Source: Fimbriimonadales bacterium (GTDB lineage Bacteria; Armatimonadota; Fimbriimonadia; Fimbriimonadales; JABRVX01). From it: a DNA stretch of 64,000 nucleotides. A program made the position numbers and the translations under genes. Positions 1-10,640 of the stretch are shown here, piece by piece. The stretch spans positions 1 through 64,000 of the forward strand of contig BTVI01000003.1 in the NCBI GenBank assembly GCA_045862955.1. The letters are read 5' to 3'. A model generated the notes under the pieces. That model ran no database searches. It was not told where the DNA came from and saw only the letters and a list, made by a program, of their open reading frames with translations. Each line of letters begins with the position of its first letter. The first letter of the stretch is position 1.

Positions 1-30
1 GCCCGCGTCCGCCGCTTGGCAGCAGCGAGG

Positions 31-192
31 GCATGCTTCGACAAGCTCAGCATGACGGTCCCGAACGGCTGCACGTTCTCACTCACCCATCCTCACGCAG
101 TGGTGAGCGGTTTGGTCAGCAGCCGCGAGCGCGGCATGCACAGGTGATACGGTGCGGCCCGTGCGGGCATGCTTCGACAGGCTCAGCATGAC
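31..192. repeat. Two copies of REP-like palindrome family A (GCATGCTTCGACARGCTCAGCATGAC)
   Basis: Copies at ~31-56 and ~167-192; the same unit recurs six times at 55963-56580. Confidence 0.85.
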
Positions 193-289
193 GTGGCAAA
201 GGGCACGTTGCCGTCTGCCGCCACGCTCTCGCCCAGCAGCCCCCCGAGCAGCCGAACGTCGAGGCACCGAAAGCCAGGGGCTGGTGATG

Positions 290-337
290 CCCCCTCACCC
301 CCTCCCTCTCCCCCGAGAACGGGGGAGAGGGAGGGGA
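290..337. repeat. REP-like palindrome family C (CCCCTCACCC..CCCTCTCCC..GGGAGAGGG), just past the pilC stop
   Basis: CCCCTCCCTCTCCCCCG-AGAA-CGGGGGAGAGGGAGGGG hairpin; related copy at ~36082-36122. Confidence 0.7.
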
Positions 338-344
338 GAACGCG

Positions 345-1556
345 CTAGTTCGACGAGAGGGACTCGATGACTTTGACTAGAGGCATGAAGAGCGAGATGA
401 CGATGAAGCCGACTACCACGCCTAGGAACACGATCAGCACCGGCTCAATGGCGGACGTCAGTGAGGCGATCGTGGAGTCGACCTCTTGTTCGTAGAAATC
501 CGCGATCTTCTGGAGCATGAAGTCCAGGGAACCCGACTCCTCGCCGACGCCGACCATATGGACCACCATAGGTGGGAACATACCACTCGCCTCGAGTGGG
601 TCGCCGATACGGTCTCCCTCGCGAATGCGCGCACGCGCTTCGAGGATGGCGTCCGCGAGTATGTTGTTGCCGACGGTCTCGGCAACCGTCTCCATCGCTT
701 GCAGAATCGGGACACCCGAAGAGAGCAGCGTACCCATCGTGCGGCTGAAGCGCGCGAGGCAGATCTTGTGGTGCAGTGGTCCGAAAACCGGAAGCTTCAG
801 TTTCATCCGGTCTATGACGCGCCGCCCGAACCTGGTGCTGGCGAAGGACTTCCACGCGATGAGGATGGCGACGAGAATGCCGACGAACAGCCACCAGCGG
901 GAGATCAGGCTGTGGCTGAGGTCAATCAGGATCTGCGTGCCCCAAGGGAACTCCTTGATGTTCAGGTCCTTATACAGCTCGGCAAATTTCGGGATAACAC
1001 CCACGACCAGACCGATGACCACGACGAGTGCGAACACGACGACGATGGTCGGGTACGTCAGGGAGGCGCGCACCTTCCGGCGAAGCTCGACGTCTTTCTC
1101 CAAGAAGTGAGACAACCTCTGAAGCGACTCCTCGAGTACGCCGCCGACTTCGCCGGCACGAATTAGACCGATGAACAATTTGGAGAAGGCTCGCGGGTGG
1201 CGGGACATGGCGCGAGACAGGCTCTCGCCGCCCTCCACCCGCTCACCGACGTCGATAAGGATTCTCTTCAGCTTCGCGTCGTTGCACTGCTCGCTAAGAA
1301 CGTCGAGACAGCGTACCAACGACACGCCGGCATCCACCATCGTCGAAAACTGGCGACAGAAGATCGAGAGGCTGGTGAGCTTGACGCGCCCGAAGCCTAC
1401 CGCGCCCTTGCGTGCGCGGCGCACTTGGGTGACCTCGGTCAGAACGAGGCCTTGCTCCTCGAAGCGTTTCCGGAGCAGTTCCTCGCTTTCGGCTTCGACC
1501 GTACCGGCTTGCGTGTTGCCGTCTGCACCACGAACCTTGTATGAGAAAACCGGCAT
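345..1556 (-). CDS. pilC: Type IV pilus platform protein PilC (T2SS F family)
   Basis: FCRQFSTMVDAGV, RAGEVGGVLEESLQRL, VGEESGSLD, IEPVLIVFLG; follows pilB and pilT. Confidence 0.95.
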   Translation of the reverse strand: MPVFSYKVRGADGNTQAGTVEAESEELLRKRFEEQGLVLTEVTQVRRARKGAVGFGRVKLTSLSIFCRQFSTMVDAGVSLVRCLDVLSEQCNDAKLKRILIDVGERVEGGESLSRAMSRHPRAFSKLFIGLIRAGEVGGVLEESLQRLSHFLEKDVELRRKVRASLTYPTIVVVFALVVVIGLVVGVIPKFAELYKDLNIKEFPWGTQILIDLSHSLISRWWLFVGILVAILIAWKSFASTRFGRRVIDRMKLKLPVFGPLHHKICLARFSRTMGTLLSSGVPILQAMETVAETVGNNILADAILEARARIREGDRIGDPLEASGMFPPMVVHMVGVGEESGSLDFMLQKIADFYEQEVDSTIASLTSAIEPVLIVFLGVVVGFIVISLFMPLVKVIESLSSN

Positions 1557-1573
1557 CTATTTGCCTCCTGACC

Positions 1574-2857
1574 TTACTTTCGTGGCGGCATCGGCGGGCG
1601 ACCCTCGCCCGGTCCCTGGCCCGGCGTAATCATCTTCTTCAACTCGTCTACGTTCATAGCGCGTGCCATGGCGTCTTCGAAGGTGATCAGGCCTTGGTTA
1701 TACAGCGTTCGCAGGTGCTGGTCCATGGACATCATGCCGTGCTGACCGCCTGTCTGTACCATAGACGGGATCTGATGCGTTTTATTCTCACGGATCAGGT
1801 TGCGAACTGCAGGAGTTGCGATCATGATCTCGCATGCGGGGATACGTCCAGGTTGGCCGGCTCTGGGCAGAAGCTGCTGCGAGATGATGGCCACGATGTT
1901 GTTCGCGAGCTGCACACGGATCTGCTCCTGCTGTCCCGTCGGGAACACGTCCACGATACGGTCGATGGACTCGGCGGCGTTGTTGGTGTGTAGGGTGGCG
2001 AAAACGAGGTGGCCGGTTTCTGCAGCGGTGATCGCCAGGTGAATGGTCTCCGGGTCTCGCATCTCACCGACCAGGATCACGTCCGGGTCCTCGCGCAGGG
2101 ACGCACGGAGCGCATTTGCGAACGCCTTGGTGTCCTGACCCAGCTCGCGCTGATTGATGATGCACAGCTTGTGCGTGTGCAGGTACTCGATCGGGTCCTC
2201 GATGGTGATAATGTGCAGCGCTCGCGTGTTGTTGATATTGTTGATCATCGCCGCGAGGGTGGTGGACTTTCCGGAGCCGGTCGGGCCGGTCACCAGGATC
2301 AGACCTCGCGGGCGACCCGTCAGGTCGTTGAGGATCGGCGGGAGGTTCAACTCGGCAACTGTCGGGATGCGCGTCGGGATGAGTCGGAAGGCTGCAGCGA
2401 TTGCGCCGCGGTCACGATACATGTTCACGCGGAAGCGAGCGGTCTTATAGAGCTCGTACGAGAAGTCGAGTTCGAGCGTGCTCTCGAAGCGCTGTATCTG
2501 CTCGTCCGTCAACACGTCGTACATCAGGCGCTGGGTATCGAAGGCGGTGAGTTTCACGTAGTTCAGCCGAATGAGCGCTCCGTCCACGCGTATTACCGGC
2601 TCGCTATCCTTGCAGATATGAATATCCGAGGCGTTCTTCTCGTGAACGATGCGAAGCAGCTCGTCTATATGAACGTCTTCGATCGGGCGCGGGCCCGTGA
2701 CGCCAGCCGCGGCCTCTGTGCGTTGCGGTCTTGCGGTGACGGCGCCGAAGGTCGCACCCTTCGGGGCGACCTGCGCCTGCACACGTACATCGGATGGCCC
2801 CGGGCCGGGAGCCGGCCGAGGATCAGGCGGCGTCTTGGGTTCTTCGTTGGCTGCCAT
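1574..2857 (-). CDS. pilT: Twitching motility retraction ATPase PilT with Pro-rich N-terminal extension
   Basis: GPTGSGKSTT, TIEDPIE, LREDPDVILVGEMRD, AVRNLIRE. Start moved to ATG 2857, which has a GGAGG RBS. Confidence 0.95.
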   Translation of the reverse strand: MAANEEPKTPPDPRPAPGPGPSDVRVQAQVAPKGATFGAVTARPQRTEAAAGVTGPRPIEDVHIDELLRIVHEKNASDIHICKDSEPVIRVDGALIRLNYVKLTAFDTQRLMYDVLTDEQIQRFESTLELDFSYELYKTARFRVNMYRDRGAIAAAFRLIPTRIPTVAELNLPPILNDLTGRPRGLILVTGPTGSGKSTTLAAMINNINNTRALHIITIEDPIEYLHTHKLCIINQRELGQDTKAFANALRASLREDPDVILVGEMRDPETIHLAITAAETGHLVFATLHTNNAAESIDRIVDVFPTGQQEQIRVQLANNIVAIISQQLLPRAGQPGRIPACEIMIATPAVRNLIRENKTHQIPSMVQTGGQHGMMSMDQHLRTLYNQGLITFEDAMARAMNVDELKKMITPGQGPGEGRPPMPPRK

Positions 2858-2910
2858 CTGTGAATCTTCCTCCCCAATCATATGACGACCCGGAAAGGCC
2901 GCTCGGAATA

Positions 2911-4662
2911 CTAGTAGCCCGCCGTGAATACGACTCTCATGACCTCTTCCGGCGTGGTAATGCCAGCGAGCACCTTGGTAAGTCCATCTTCGCGCAGTTC
3001 TTTCATGCCGTTGGCCTTCGCGGCCTCTTTCACGTCCGCGAGCGGGGCGCGCCGCACGACGAGCTCGGCAATCTCGGCGTTCATCACCATCAGCTCGTAA
3101 AGACCGATTCGGCCTCGCCATCCGGTGAAGCGACAGTGGTCGCAGCCCTTTCCACGATAGAGCGTCACCATCTCGTCGGGATTCTCAGGCTTGAACCCGA
3201 AGCGCCTCAACTCTGCTCCCCTCACCTCATATGGCTCTTTGCAGCGCTCACAGACACGACGACCTAGGCGTTGCGCGAGGATGCCGATGACAGTGGCGGA
3301 GATCAGATAGGGCTCGACACCCATATCCACCATTCGGATCACGGCGGACGGGGCGTCGTTGGTGTGCAGAGTGGACAGAACGAGGTGCCCTGTCAGCGAC
3401 GCCTCGATTGCGATCTCTGCGGTCTCCAGGTCGCGCATCTCTCCGACCATGATGATGTCCGGGTCCTGGCGCAAGAACGAGCGAAGGGCGTTGGCAAAGG
3501 TAAGACCGGCCTTGCGGTTCACGCCGACCTGGGAGATGCCCGCGAGGTGGTACTCGATCGGGTCCTCGATCGTGATGATGTTCTTCTCGATGGAGTTCAG
3601 CTTGTTGAGGACCGAATACTGCGTAGTCGTCTTGCCGGAACCCGTCGGTCCGGTGGAGAGAACCATGCCGTTCGGCTGGGAGACGAGCTCTTCGAGCGCG
3701 GCCTGCGTCTCGGGAGTGAAGCCGAGCTTCTCGAGACCCAGCAACACGCTGGTCTTGTCGAGGATACGCATGACGATCTTCTCGCCATACGGCGTCGGGA
3801 TGGAGGAGACGCGCAGGTCGTACTCCTTACCCGCGTGGCGGACCTCGATACGACCGTCTTGCGGGATGCGGCGCTCGGCGATGTTCATGTCCGACATGAT
3901 CTTGTAACGGGAGAGCAGCGGTGCCTGGATGGCTTTCGGCAGCGTCATCGTCTCATGCAAGACGCCGTCGATGCGGTACCGAATGCGCACGTTCCGGTGT
4001 TGTGGCTCTACGTGAATGTCAGAAGCTCTCTCGTCGATCGCCTGCTGAATCAGTGCGTTGGCAAGCTTGATGATCGGAGCTTGTTCGGCCAACTCCACGG
4101 CTGCCTTGTCGTCGTCGCCTGCATCCATGTCGCTCTTCGCGCCTGCAGCGGCGATGGCAGCACGGATATCCCCCATGACCGCGCCTTTGCTCGGTGTCTC
4201 ACCGCCGCCCCCGGCACCGTTTTTGTCGCCAGGATAGTGGCGACGTATCGCATCCTCGATGGCTCCGGGCACTGCCAGCACGGGGATAACGCGACAACCC
4301 GAGGCGAGGCGTATCTCATCCGTCGCCTTCAGGTCGTTGGCGTTCGCCATCGCGACCCAGAGGTTGGAACCCTCTTTGCGAATCGGGATGGCGCTGTGTT
4401 GTCGGACAATCTGTTCCTTGACTACGTTGAGCGCGCTGGACTCGATCTCCACCCGATCGAGGTCCACGAAACGATGGCCCTGCTCCTGAGCGCGCGCCTC
4501 ATAAACCTCCCGCTCACCGACGTATCCGAGGTCCAATAGTATCTTTCCTAGGTCGCCGCCCTTTGTGTTGGCTTGTATCTTTTTGGCCTCGGCCAACTGC
4601 TCTTCCGTCAAGTACCCCTTCTCGACAAGGTACTCACCGAGCGGCCTGCGAACCATGCCCAT
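2911..4662 (-). CDS. pilB: Type IV pilus assembly ATPase PilB with N-terminal MshEN-like (c-di-GMP-binding) motif
   Basis: RPLGEYLVEKGYLTEEQL, PQDGR, GPTGSGKTTT, LRQDPDIIMVGEMRD, CxxC...GCxxC. Confidence 0.95.
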   Translation of the reverse strand: MGMVRRPLGEYLVEKGYLTEEQLAEAKKIQANTKGGDLGKILLDLGYVGEREVYEARAQEQGHRFVDLDRVEIESSALNVVKEQIVRQHSAIPIRKEGSNLWVAMANANDLKATDEIRLASGCRVIPVLAVPGAIEDAIRRHYPGDKNGAGGGGETPSKGAVMGDIRAAIAAAGAKSDMDAGDDDKAAVELAEQAPIIKLANALIQQAIDERASDIHVEPQHRNVRIRYRIDGVLHETMTLPKAIQAPLLSRYKIMSDMNIAERRIPQDGRIEVRHAGKEYDLRVSSIPTPYGEKIVMRILDKTSVLLGLEKLGFTPETQAALEELVSQPNGMVLSTGPTGSGKTTTQYSVLNKLNSIEKNIITIEDPIEYHLAGISQVGVNRKAGLTFANALRSFLRQDPDIIMVGEMRDLETAEIAIEASLTGHLVLSTLHTNDAPSAVIRMVDMGVEPYLISATVIGILAQRLGRRVCERCKEPYEVRGAELRRFGFKPENPDEMVTLYRGKGCDHCRFTGWRGRIGLYELMVMNAEIAELVVRRAPLADVKEAAKANGMKELREDGLTKVLAGITTPEEVMRVVFTAGY

Positions 4663-4931
4663 CTACGGACTACTCCTAAATACGCGGGGGTGCCGAGCCG
4701 ACACGGGAGCCCGACCCATCAGCGGATGGTGCAGAGTATACACCAAACGGGGCTTGCTTTCTTCAGACCCGGGAAACGGCTCAGCCGAACTCACGGGGGA
4801 CTCGGACTCACCCGCGTTAGCATATGTACTACGATAATTCCGTAACTGAAATCCGTGAATCCGCGGCTCCCCCTGTCCTATCGATACGCAGGTCCGTCGT
4901 CTAGTATGTCGGGTCGAAGTACCTGCTTCGT

Positions 4932-5786
4932 TCACTCTGGCGCAACTCCCGGGGCTTTTTCGAGGGAAGATTCGAGCGCCGCGAGCATGACCGAGAGTGG
5001 AGCCGGTCTGCCGAGCCAGAGATCGAGCGATGCCGCACCCTGCCCTGCAAGCATCTTGACCCCGTCCACCGTCCGCAGACCCCTCGCCTCGGCAGCCCGA
5101 AGCCACGCGGTCCGTCGGGGACGATACACGACATCATAAACTACGGCTGCTGGCCGAAGGTTCCCGAGTGGGAAAGCGGGAACCGCCTCGCAGTCCGGCT
5201 CCATTCCGACAGGGGTGGCATTCACGACCAACGCTGCTTCGCGCGCTGCTCTAAGGGCCGTCTCGCCATCCCAGTGCCTCAGTTCACCTCCGAGCAGTCG
5301 GAAGTCGTGTTGCACTCGGTCTGGATCCCGGGCGAGAACGACAACGCGATGCCCTCGCCTGCTCAGCGCTAGGCAAATGGCCCGCGCTGCGCCACCAGCT
5401 CCAAGGATTACGGCGCTGCCACTGGTGTCGAGGTCGACGCCCTGCAACCCCATGAGGAAGCCTGCACCATCCGTGTTGTGGGCGAGAACCGCGCCATCTC
5501 GACGGGCCCAGGTATTGGCCACACCGAGGAGCTTCGCTTCCTCCGAAGCCTCGTCAGCCAACTCGAAGGCTGCGCGCTTGTGGGGGATGGTGATGTTGAC
5601 GCCGGCGAGCGCGCCGGCACTCACAGCCGCAGCTAGCCCGACGAGTTCGTGAGCCTCACACTCCACACGCAGGTACTCTGCCTCGATACCGAGTGCGTGG
5701 AAGGCGGCTCGGTGCATCTGCGGCGATAAGCTGTGGCCGACCGGCTTGCCAACCACGGCGAACAACAGCATCCGGTGAACTTCCAC
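4932..5786 (-). CDS. aroE: Shikimate dehydrogenase
   Basis: GKPVGHSLSPQMH, NITIPHK, HNTDGAG, GAGGAARA, VNATPVGM. Start uncertain (GTG 5786 or ATG 5771). Confidence 0.92.
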   Translation of the reverse strand: MEVHRMLLFAVVGKPVGHSLSPQMHRAAFHALGIEAEYLRVECEAHELVGLAAAVSAGALAGVNITIPHKRAAFELADEASEEAKLLGVANTWARRDGAVLAHNTDGAGFLMGLQGVDLDTSGSAVILGAGGAARAICLALSRRGHRVVVLARDPDRVQHDFRLLGGELRHWDGETALRAAREAALVVNATPVGMEPDCEAVPAFPLGNLRPAAVVYDVVYRPRRTAWLRAAEARGLRTVDGVKMLAGQGAASLDLWLGRPAPLSVMLAALESSLEKAPGVAPE

Positions 5787-5827
5787 GTGAGCCGGCGCCA
5801 TCCTGCGGGTTTCGGTACAATCCCAGC

Positions 5828-7753
5828 ATGTCGAGCCTAGCATCCAGCCTTCTCGTCCTCCTCATCACTACGTTTTCCCCAACCCAATCCGCCTGGAGGC
5901 AGGGTTATGAGGAGTACAGCCGATGGATGAGATCCATCGGTGTGGACCTCGCAGCCGGCGAGAGCCTCATGATGGAGTGGGCCCAAGCCACCCGCGACTT
6001 CAGCGGTCGCCGGGCGGCACAAGCGACGCCCGTGCTCGAACGGGTGATCGAGCAGCACCCCGAGTCCAGCCTTGCCGGCTCGGCGCAGTGGATGCTGTTA
6101 CAACAGGAGCTTCGGGAGAAACCCCCGCTGGTGCGCGCGCACCGCTTGCAGCGGTTTCTGGGCAGTTATCGTAGTCCAGAGTGGCTCGGTCCCGCCACGT
6201 CTCAATTGGTGAGCGCACTGGTGGAAGCGGGAAGGCAGGCCGATGCGCAGGCCGTCGTGCGCGACTTCGCCAGCAGGTGGCCGGGGAGCAGCCTCGTTCC
6301 CGAGCTCCGCCGAAGGTCTGGCCTCGACACCGCCACTGCGCCCGACCCCGGGCCCGCCAACGCCCATTGGGACGAGCTGAACAAGCTGAAGGCAGAGGTG
6401 CGCTGGGGCGAGCTTCAGCAGGGCCTTCGGGATCATCTCACGCGGTTCCCCGAGTCCCCACGGCGGGACGACGCGATCCGAGAGCTAATGCGCGTCGTTC
6501 GCCACCACATGCCTAGCGACGAGCCCGAGATTCGGTACTTGGAGGAGTTTGTCGACTCGCGCAACCCAATGCCCGGGGCGGATCTTGCCGCGGTGCGATT
6601 GGCGCACCGCTATCTGGAGAGAGGCGACAACGCGAAGGGCGCCGCGTTGTTAGAAAGGATAGCCGATGACTGGCCTCACTCGGTCTACGCACCGCGTGCG
6701 TTGGTGGATGCCGGCTTGGCACGCCTGGCGCTCGGGCAGCGTGCAGCCTGCCTGCGCGACCTGCGGAAAGCGGAAAGCCTGACCTTCGACCCATACGAAC
6801 TGCGAGACATCGCACTGGCCCGCGAGTACGCCAACTCGAACGGTAGGTGGGTCGAGCTGCTAGAGAAGGAGTACTCGGTTATCGAGGACCCCGCCACCTC
6901 GGTCGGGCGCCGGGCCGAGGCGCATGCACGGGTAAACGTGCTCCACGCTCTCGTCCCTCCGAACCGCGATCCGAGGCGAGCAACCGTCTGGAACGTACGG
7001 CTCTTCATCTTCAAGCGTCTCGACCACGAGTGGAAGACTAAGGATGGGGAGCAGCGACATGCCAAGTTCGAGCTGACGCCGGAGATGATCGAGGACATTC
7101 AGACCACGTTCGGCAAGTACAAGGAGGACGTGTTCCGGTATTCGCGGGGCGCACTGCGAATCGAGTCGGAGGTTCAGATTCTCGACGAGAGTGCCAAAGT
7201 CACCAAAGTGGATTGGAACCGCGATAATCCAGACCTGTTCTGGAACGCCCACGGGCACCCACTGGAGAAGATCCCCAACCGCTCTACCGGTCCCTTCCAG
7301 TCCGACTTCTGGGTGATTCCGGCGGAAGGGCTCCCTGCCTGGGCTCCAGCGGGTGCGGGCGGACCAGCCAAGGAGACGGGCAAGGGCGACGTAACGTACA
7401 TGTACGGGCCCGGCTGGAAGGACTGGTTCCGCTACGTGTACGTGCACGAGTGGCTGCACAACGTGGATGGGGCTTTCTGGCTGAACGGCTGGAAGCCACA
7501 GTGGAACCTCTCACACGACCACTGCGGGAGGGACTGGAACTCGCGCTGGCCCGATTCGGGCGATCCGGAGTGGTGCATCGGGTTCATCAAAGGCTGGGGC
7601 GAGCACGAGGAAGATTGGTGCGCGTTCTACCGCTGGACCATGAGCAACATCATCACGCCCCGCATGTGGTCGCAGGCGAAGCTGGACGGTATCCGAGGCG
7701 AGCAGGGCGCCACGCTCTCGACGGCCGTGTCCCTCCGCCACGGCTCCCGGTAG
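5828..7753 (+). CDS. Secreted TPR-repeat protein with C-terminal HExxH metallopeptidase-like domain
   Basis: Signal-like N-terminus, repeated x(H/F/W)PxS TPR turns, YVYVHEWLHNVD; TACAAT 6 nt before ATG 5828. Confidence 0.7.
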   Translation: MSSLASSLLVLLITTFSPTQSAWRQGYEEYSRWMRSIGVDLAAGESLMMEWAQATRDFSGRRAAQATPVLERVIEQHPESSLAGSAQWMLLQQELREKPPLVRAHRLQRFLGSYRSPEWLGPATSQLVSALVEAGRQADAQAVVRDFASRWPGSSLVPELRRRSGLDTATAPDPGPANAHWDELNKLKAEVRWGELQQGLRDHLTRFPESPRRDDAIRELMRVVRHHMPSDEPEIRYLEEFVDSRNPMPGADLAAVRLAHRYLERGDNAKGAALLERIADDWPHSVYAPRALVDAGLARLALGQRAACLRDLRKAESLTFDPYELRDIALAREYANSNGRWVELLEKEYSVIEDPATSVGRRAEAHARVNVLHALVPPNRDPRRATVWNVRLFIFKRLDHEWKTKDGEQRHAKFELTPEMIEDIQTTFGKYKEDVFRYSRGALRIESEVQILDESAKVTKVDWNRDNPDLFWNAHGHPLEKIPNRSTGPFQSDFWVIPAEGLPAWAPAGAGGPAKETGKGDVTYMYGPGWKDWFRYVYVHEWLHNVDGAFWLNGWKPQWNLSHDHCGRDWNSRWPDSGDPEWCIGFIKGWGEHEEDWCAFYRWTMSNIITPRMWSQAKLDGIRGEQGATLSTAVSLRHGSR

Positions 7754-7957
7754 CTGCCCCTGCGCGGACGCTGCTGGGATAGTCTCGCCCTCCCGGCGAT
7801 GTGTCCCATGCCGCGGCCCGGCGTCCTGGTCGTCCGAAACAGACCCTCCACCTGCGAGAAACCCAGGGACCGCGCCGGGGCACTCACGCTCCTCTCAGGC
7901 CAGCAGCCGGCGGTCCGGCGACACGCAGGTTAGTTCGCCGTCCCGGCGATTGAGAGG

Positions 7958-7981
7958 CATCCGGCGGGACGCCGGAATTAC
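7958..7981 (-). repeat. GTAG/GTAA-type REP-like palindrome family B
   Basis: Minus strand GTAATTCCGGCGTCCCGCCGGATG; further copies at 22369-22388 and 26771-26794. Confidence 0.7.
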
Positions 7982-8044
7982 GCCGGCCAAGAAGTGATCC
8001 GGCCGGCGAGACGTTGCATCGGCGGTGGAGCGGAAAGTCAGCCG

Positions 8045-10360
8045 CTACTGGCCGCCGGCAGCGATGCTGCGTGCGTCGCCATCCCCTGCGACCTGGACGT
8101 TGCGCGCTCCCGCCTCTTCCGGCAACAGCTCTATCATCACCATGGTCGCGTGGAGGCAAGCCAGTGTGCTCTCAGCACCCTGGTTCGCGCTGGGCCCATT
8201 GGGGGTCAACCCGTCCGAGCAGCCTCCGCTGCGGAAGTCGTACATCGGAGCCTGCAGATCGTTCGCCCCCAGGAACCAGTCGTACGCCATGCGCATCAGC
8301 TTCAGGTACCGCTCTTCCTTGGTGCTCTGGAACGCGGCGCCAGCGAGGGAGACCATCGCCGCGGCATCAATCGGCTGCTGGTCGAAGTGCGGCTTCTCCG
8401 GGTCGCCTCGGCGGAACCACCCGTTGGAGCCGACTAGCGACAAGTGTCCATCCCGCGTGCACTGCTCGAACAGCCATTCGGTGGTGGATCGCGCGACTTC
8501 CTGATACCGCTCGTTGCCCAGCACCTGCGAGGCCCGCCAAAGAGCGCGGGGCATCAGCCCGTTGTCGTATGCGAGCACCGGCTCGAACCAGTCCCAGCCT
8601 GGCGAACGGGTTTGCTCGTAGCAATACATCAGCTTCTCGGCCAGTTCGACCAGGGCGTTCTTGAGCTGCAGCGCGCCTGGGTACCTGTCGAGGTAGCGGA
8701 AGATGCCGAGCATCGCATAAGCGGCACCGCGCAGGTTGAGTTTGTGCAGGTTTGGCAGCGCCAGATCGAAGGCATCCTTGGCGACCGCCTGGTAGTCGGT
8801 AGGAGCATACGCGATGGTGTGGCCCAGTCCCCAGAGCGCCCGTCCCTGGCAGTCGTCGGAGCCCACCTCGTCCAAGAAGCGCCGCTCCACCGATAGGAAG
8901 TTTCGGAAGGTGCCGTCTTCTTTCTGGCAGTAGATAACGAACGCCAAGAAGGTCCCGAGCAGGTCCAAGACGTCCGGCTTGTTGAACAGCCGGTAGTACT
9001 TGGTGGCTGCTACCAGGGCGCGCGCGTTGTCGTCCACGCAATAACCGTGCGAGTAATCGGGGATGCGATAACGAGCGTGCTGGAACAAGCCGAAGCGGTC
9101 CGTCAGTCTTCGAAGATGCTGGAGACTGGGTTCTGGGAGCGAGCGAGAGCCGATGATCACCGCCCTGCTGCTGCGAGCGGTGGCTGCTTTGAGCTTTCCG
9201 GCGCCACCGAGTAGCGCCCCGAACTCCTGTACGTAGGCCTTGCCTACTTCGCGCCAGACCATTGCGCGACCATGCTGGTAGGCGCGCTTCCGCATGGCGT
9301 GCATCTCGACGGGGTTGGAAAGCAGCCAGTTGATCTTCTCGGCCATGTCGTTCTCGTCGTTGAACTGGGTGAGGAGCCCTCGCCCATCGGCCAGCAGCTC
9401 TTCCGCATGCCAGAAGGGCGTGGAGACGATGGCCTTACCGGCACCCAGAGCGTAGGCCAGGGTTCCAGAGGTAATCTGATTGCGATTCGGATAGGGCGTT
9501 AGGTAGATGTCTGCAGCGCACAACGCTTCGCAGAGCTCCTCGAACTCCACGTATCGGTTGTAGAAGACGACGTGGTCTTCCAGTCCGAGGTCGGACACCA
9601 GCCGCTCCAGCGAGAGACGGTAGGCCTCGCCGGACTGTCGCACGACCTCTGGGTGCGTCGCGCCCAGCACCATGTACACGACTTCAGGGTGTTGATCGGC
9701 GACCTTGCGGACGGCTCGAATCGCCGTCTCGATGCCCTTGCCGGGGCCGATTAGGCCGAAGGTGAGCAAGACCGTTCGGCCCTCGAGCTCGAACTGGTCC
9801 TTGTAGTAGCTCGGGTCGACGACAGGGAGGTCGGGAATGCCATGGGGGATGTAGACGAGCTTGTCCAGGGGAACCCCCTGCGCCGAGAGCATGTCCACGG
9901 CTCGGTGCGTCATCACGACAATCTTGTCGCTGCGGTCAACGATCGCATCGAAGACTCGAGACTGTACCGGGCGCCGATCCTCGAGCACCGTGTGCATGGT
10001 GGTTACGACGGGCACACGCACGTCACGGAGCAGGGTAACTAGATACTCGCCCCATTCACCGCCGAAAATCCCGTACTCATGCTGTATGGAGATGATGTCT
10101 ACCCGGCTGTAGTTCAGAAACTCGGCTGCACGCTTGTAGTCACTCAGGTTGTGTTGCTGAATCTCGAACTTGACACGCGGTGGATACTGATACTCCTCGT
10201 CCGTGTTCGTGATGGCGACGGCGACGACGTTTTCCTGCGACGGAAGGTGTTCGACCACTGCGTTAGCAAGGTCGTGCGTGAAGGTGGCGATCCCACAGCG
10301 ACGAGGGGGGTACGTACTGAGGAAAGCGATACGTTGACCGCCGGTGGTCCCCTTCTCCAA
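8045..10360 (-). CDS. GT4 glycosyltransferase fused to a C-terminal six-hairpin glycosidase-like domain
   Basis: STYPPRRCGIATF, IQHEYGIFGG, SGTLAYALG; C-terminal GYCVDDNARAL, FDQQPID, NQGAESTLA; TTG start with AGGAGG RBS. Confidence 0.88.
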   Translation of the reverse strand: MEKGTTGGQRIAFLSTYPPRRCGIATFTHDLANAVVEHLPSQENVVAVAITNTDEEYQYPPRVKFEIQQHNLSDYKRAAEFLNYSRVDIISIQHEYGIFGGEWGEYLVTLLRDVRVPVVTTMHTVLEDRRPVQSRVFDAIVDRSDKIVVMTHRAVDMLSAQGVPLDKLVYIPHGIPDLPVVDPSYYKDQFELEGRTVLLTFGLIGPGKGIETAIRAVRKVADQHPEVVYMVLGATHPEVVRQSGEAYRLSLERLVSDLGLEDHVVFYNRYVEFEELCEALCAADIYLTPYPNRNQITSGTLAYALGAGKAIVSTPFWHAEELLADGRGLLTQFNDENDMAEKINWLLSNPVEMHAMRKRAYQHGRAMVWREVGKAYVQEFGALLGGAGKLKAATARSSRAVIIGSRSLPEPSLQHLRRLTDRFGLFQHARYRIPDYSHGYCVDDNARALVAATKYYRLFNKPDVLDLLGTFLAFVIYCQKEDGTFRNFLSVERRFLDEVGSDDCQGRALWGLGHTIAYAPTDYQAVAKDAFDLALPNLHKLNLRGAAYAMLGIFRYLDRYPGALQLKNALVELAEKLMYCYEQTRSPGWDWFEPVLAYDNGLMPRALWRASQVLGNERYQEVARSTTEWLFEQCTRDGHLSLVGSNGWFRRGDPEKPHFDQQPIDAAAMVSLAGAAFQSTKEERYLKLMRMAYDWFLGANDLQAPMYDFRSGGCSDGLTPNGPSANQGAESTLACLHATMVMIELLPEEAGARNVQVAGDGDARSIAAGGQ

Positions 10361-10592
10361 GTGACTTCCTCCTGAGTGAGGTTACGTGCTATCCGAAGTC
10401 TGCTAGCCGCGAGGGACGATTCGCTCGGTGGCTGAAGGTCGGCGGGTAACAGTGTGCTGGCCCGCGCGGGCAAAATCTGTTCGAAGACCCCCCGAGATGC
10501 ACCCATCGCGACGGCAGCCTCGAACATTACTATACCCCGAGCCTCAGCGCGACCCGTCCGAACGGGGGCCTTAGCTCCCTAGAGAAGCCGAA

Positions 10593-10624
10593 GCGGCTGG
10601 ACGCTGAAACCTGCGCCCAGCCGC
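10593..10624 (-). terminator. Possible intrinsic terminator after rpoC
   Basis: 12-bp GC-rich stem (GCGGCTGGACGC/GCGCCCAGCCGC) followed on the minus strand by only a weak T-rich tail. Confidence 0.4.
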
Positions 10625-10640
10625 CAGATGTCGTCGTCTG

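Noticed and set aside
2858..3121. N-terminal extensions in the ORF track for pilT (also lutC, rhaD, fabG, DinB, cytochrome c, anti-sigma, HIT)
   Set aside because: They overlap neighbouring genes or promoters; downstream starts have an RBS, a -10 box or stop-start coupling
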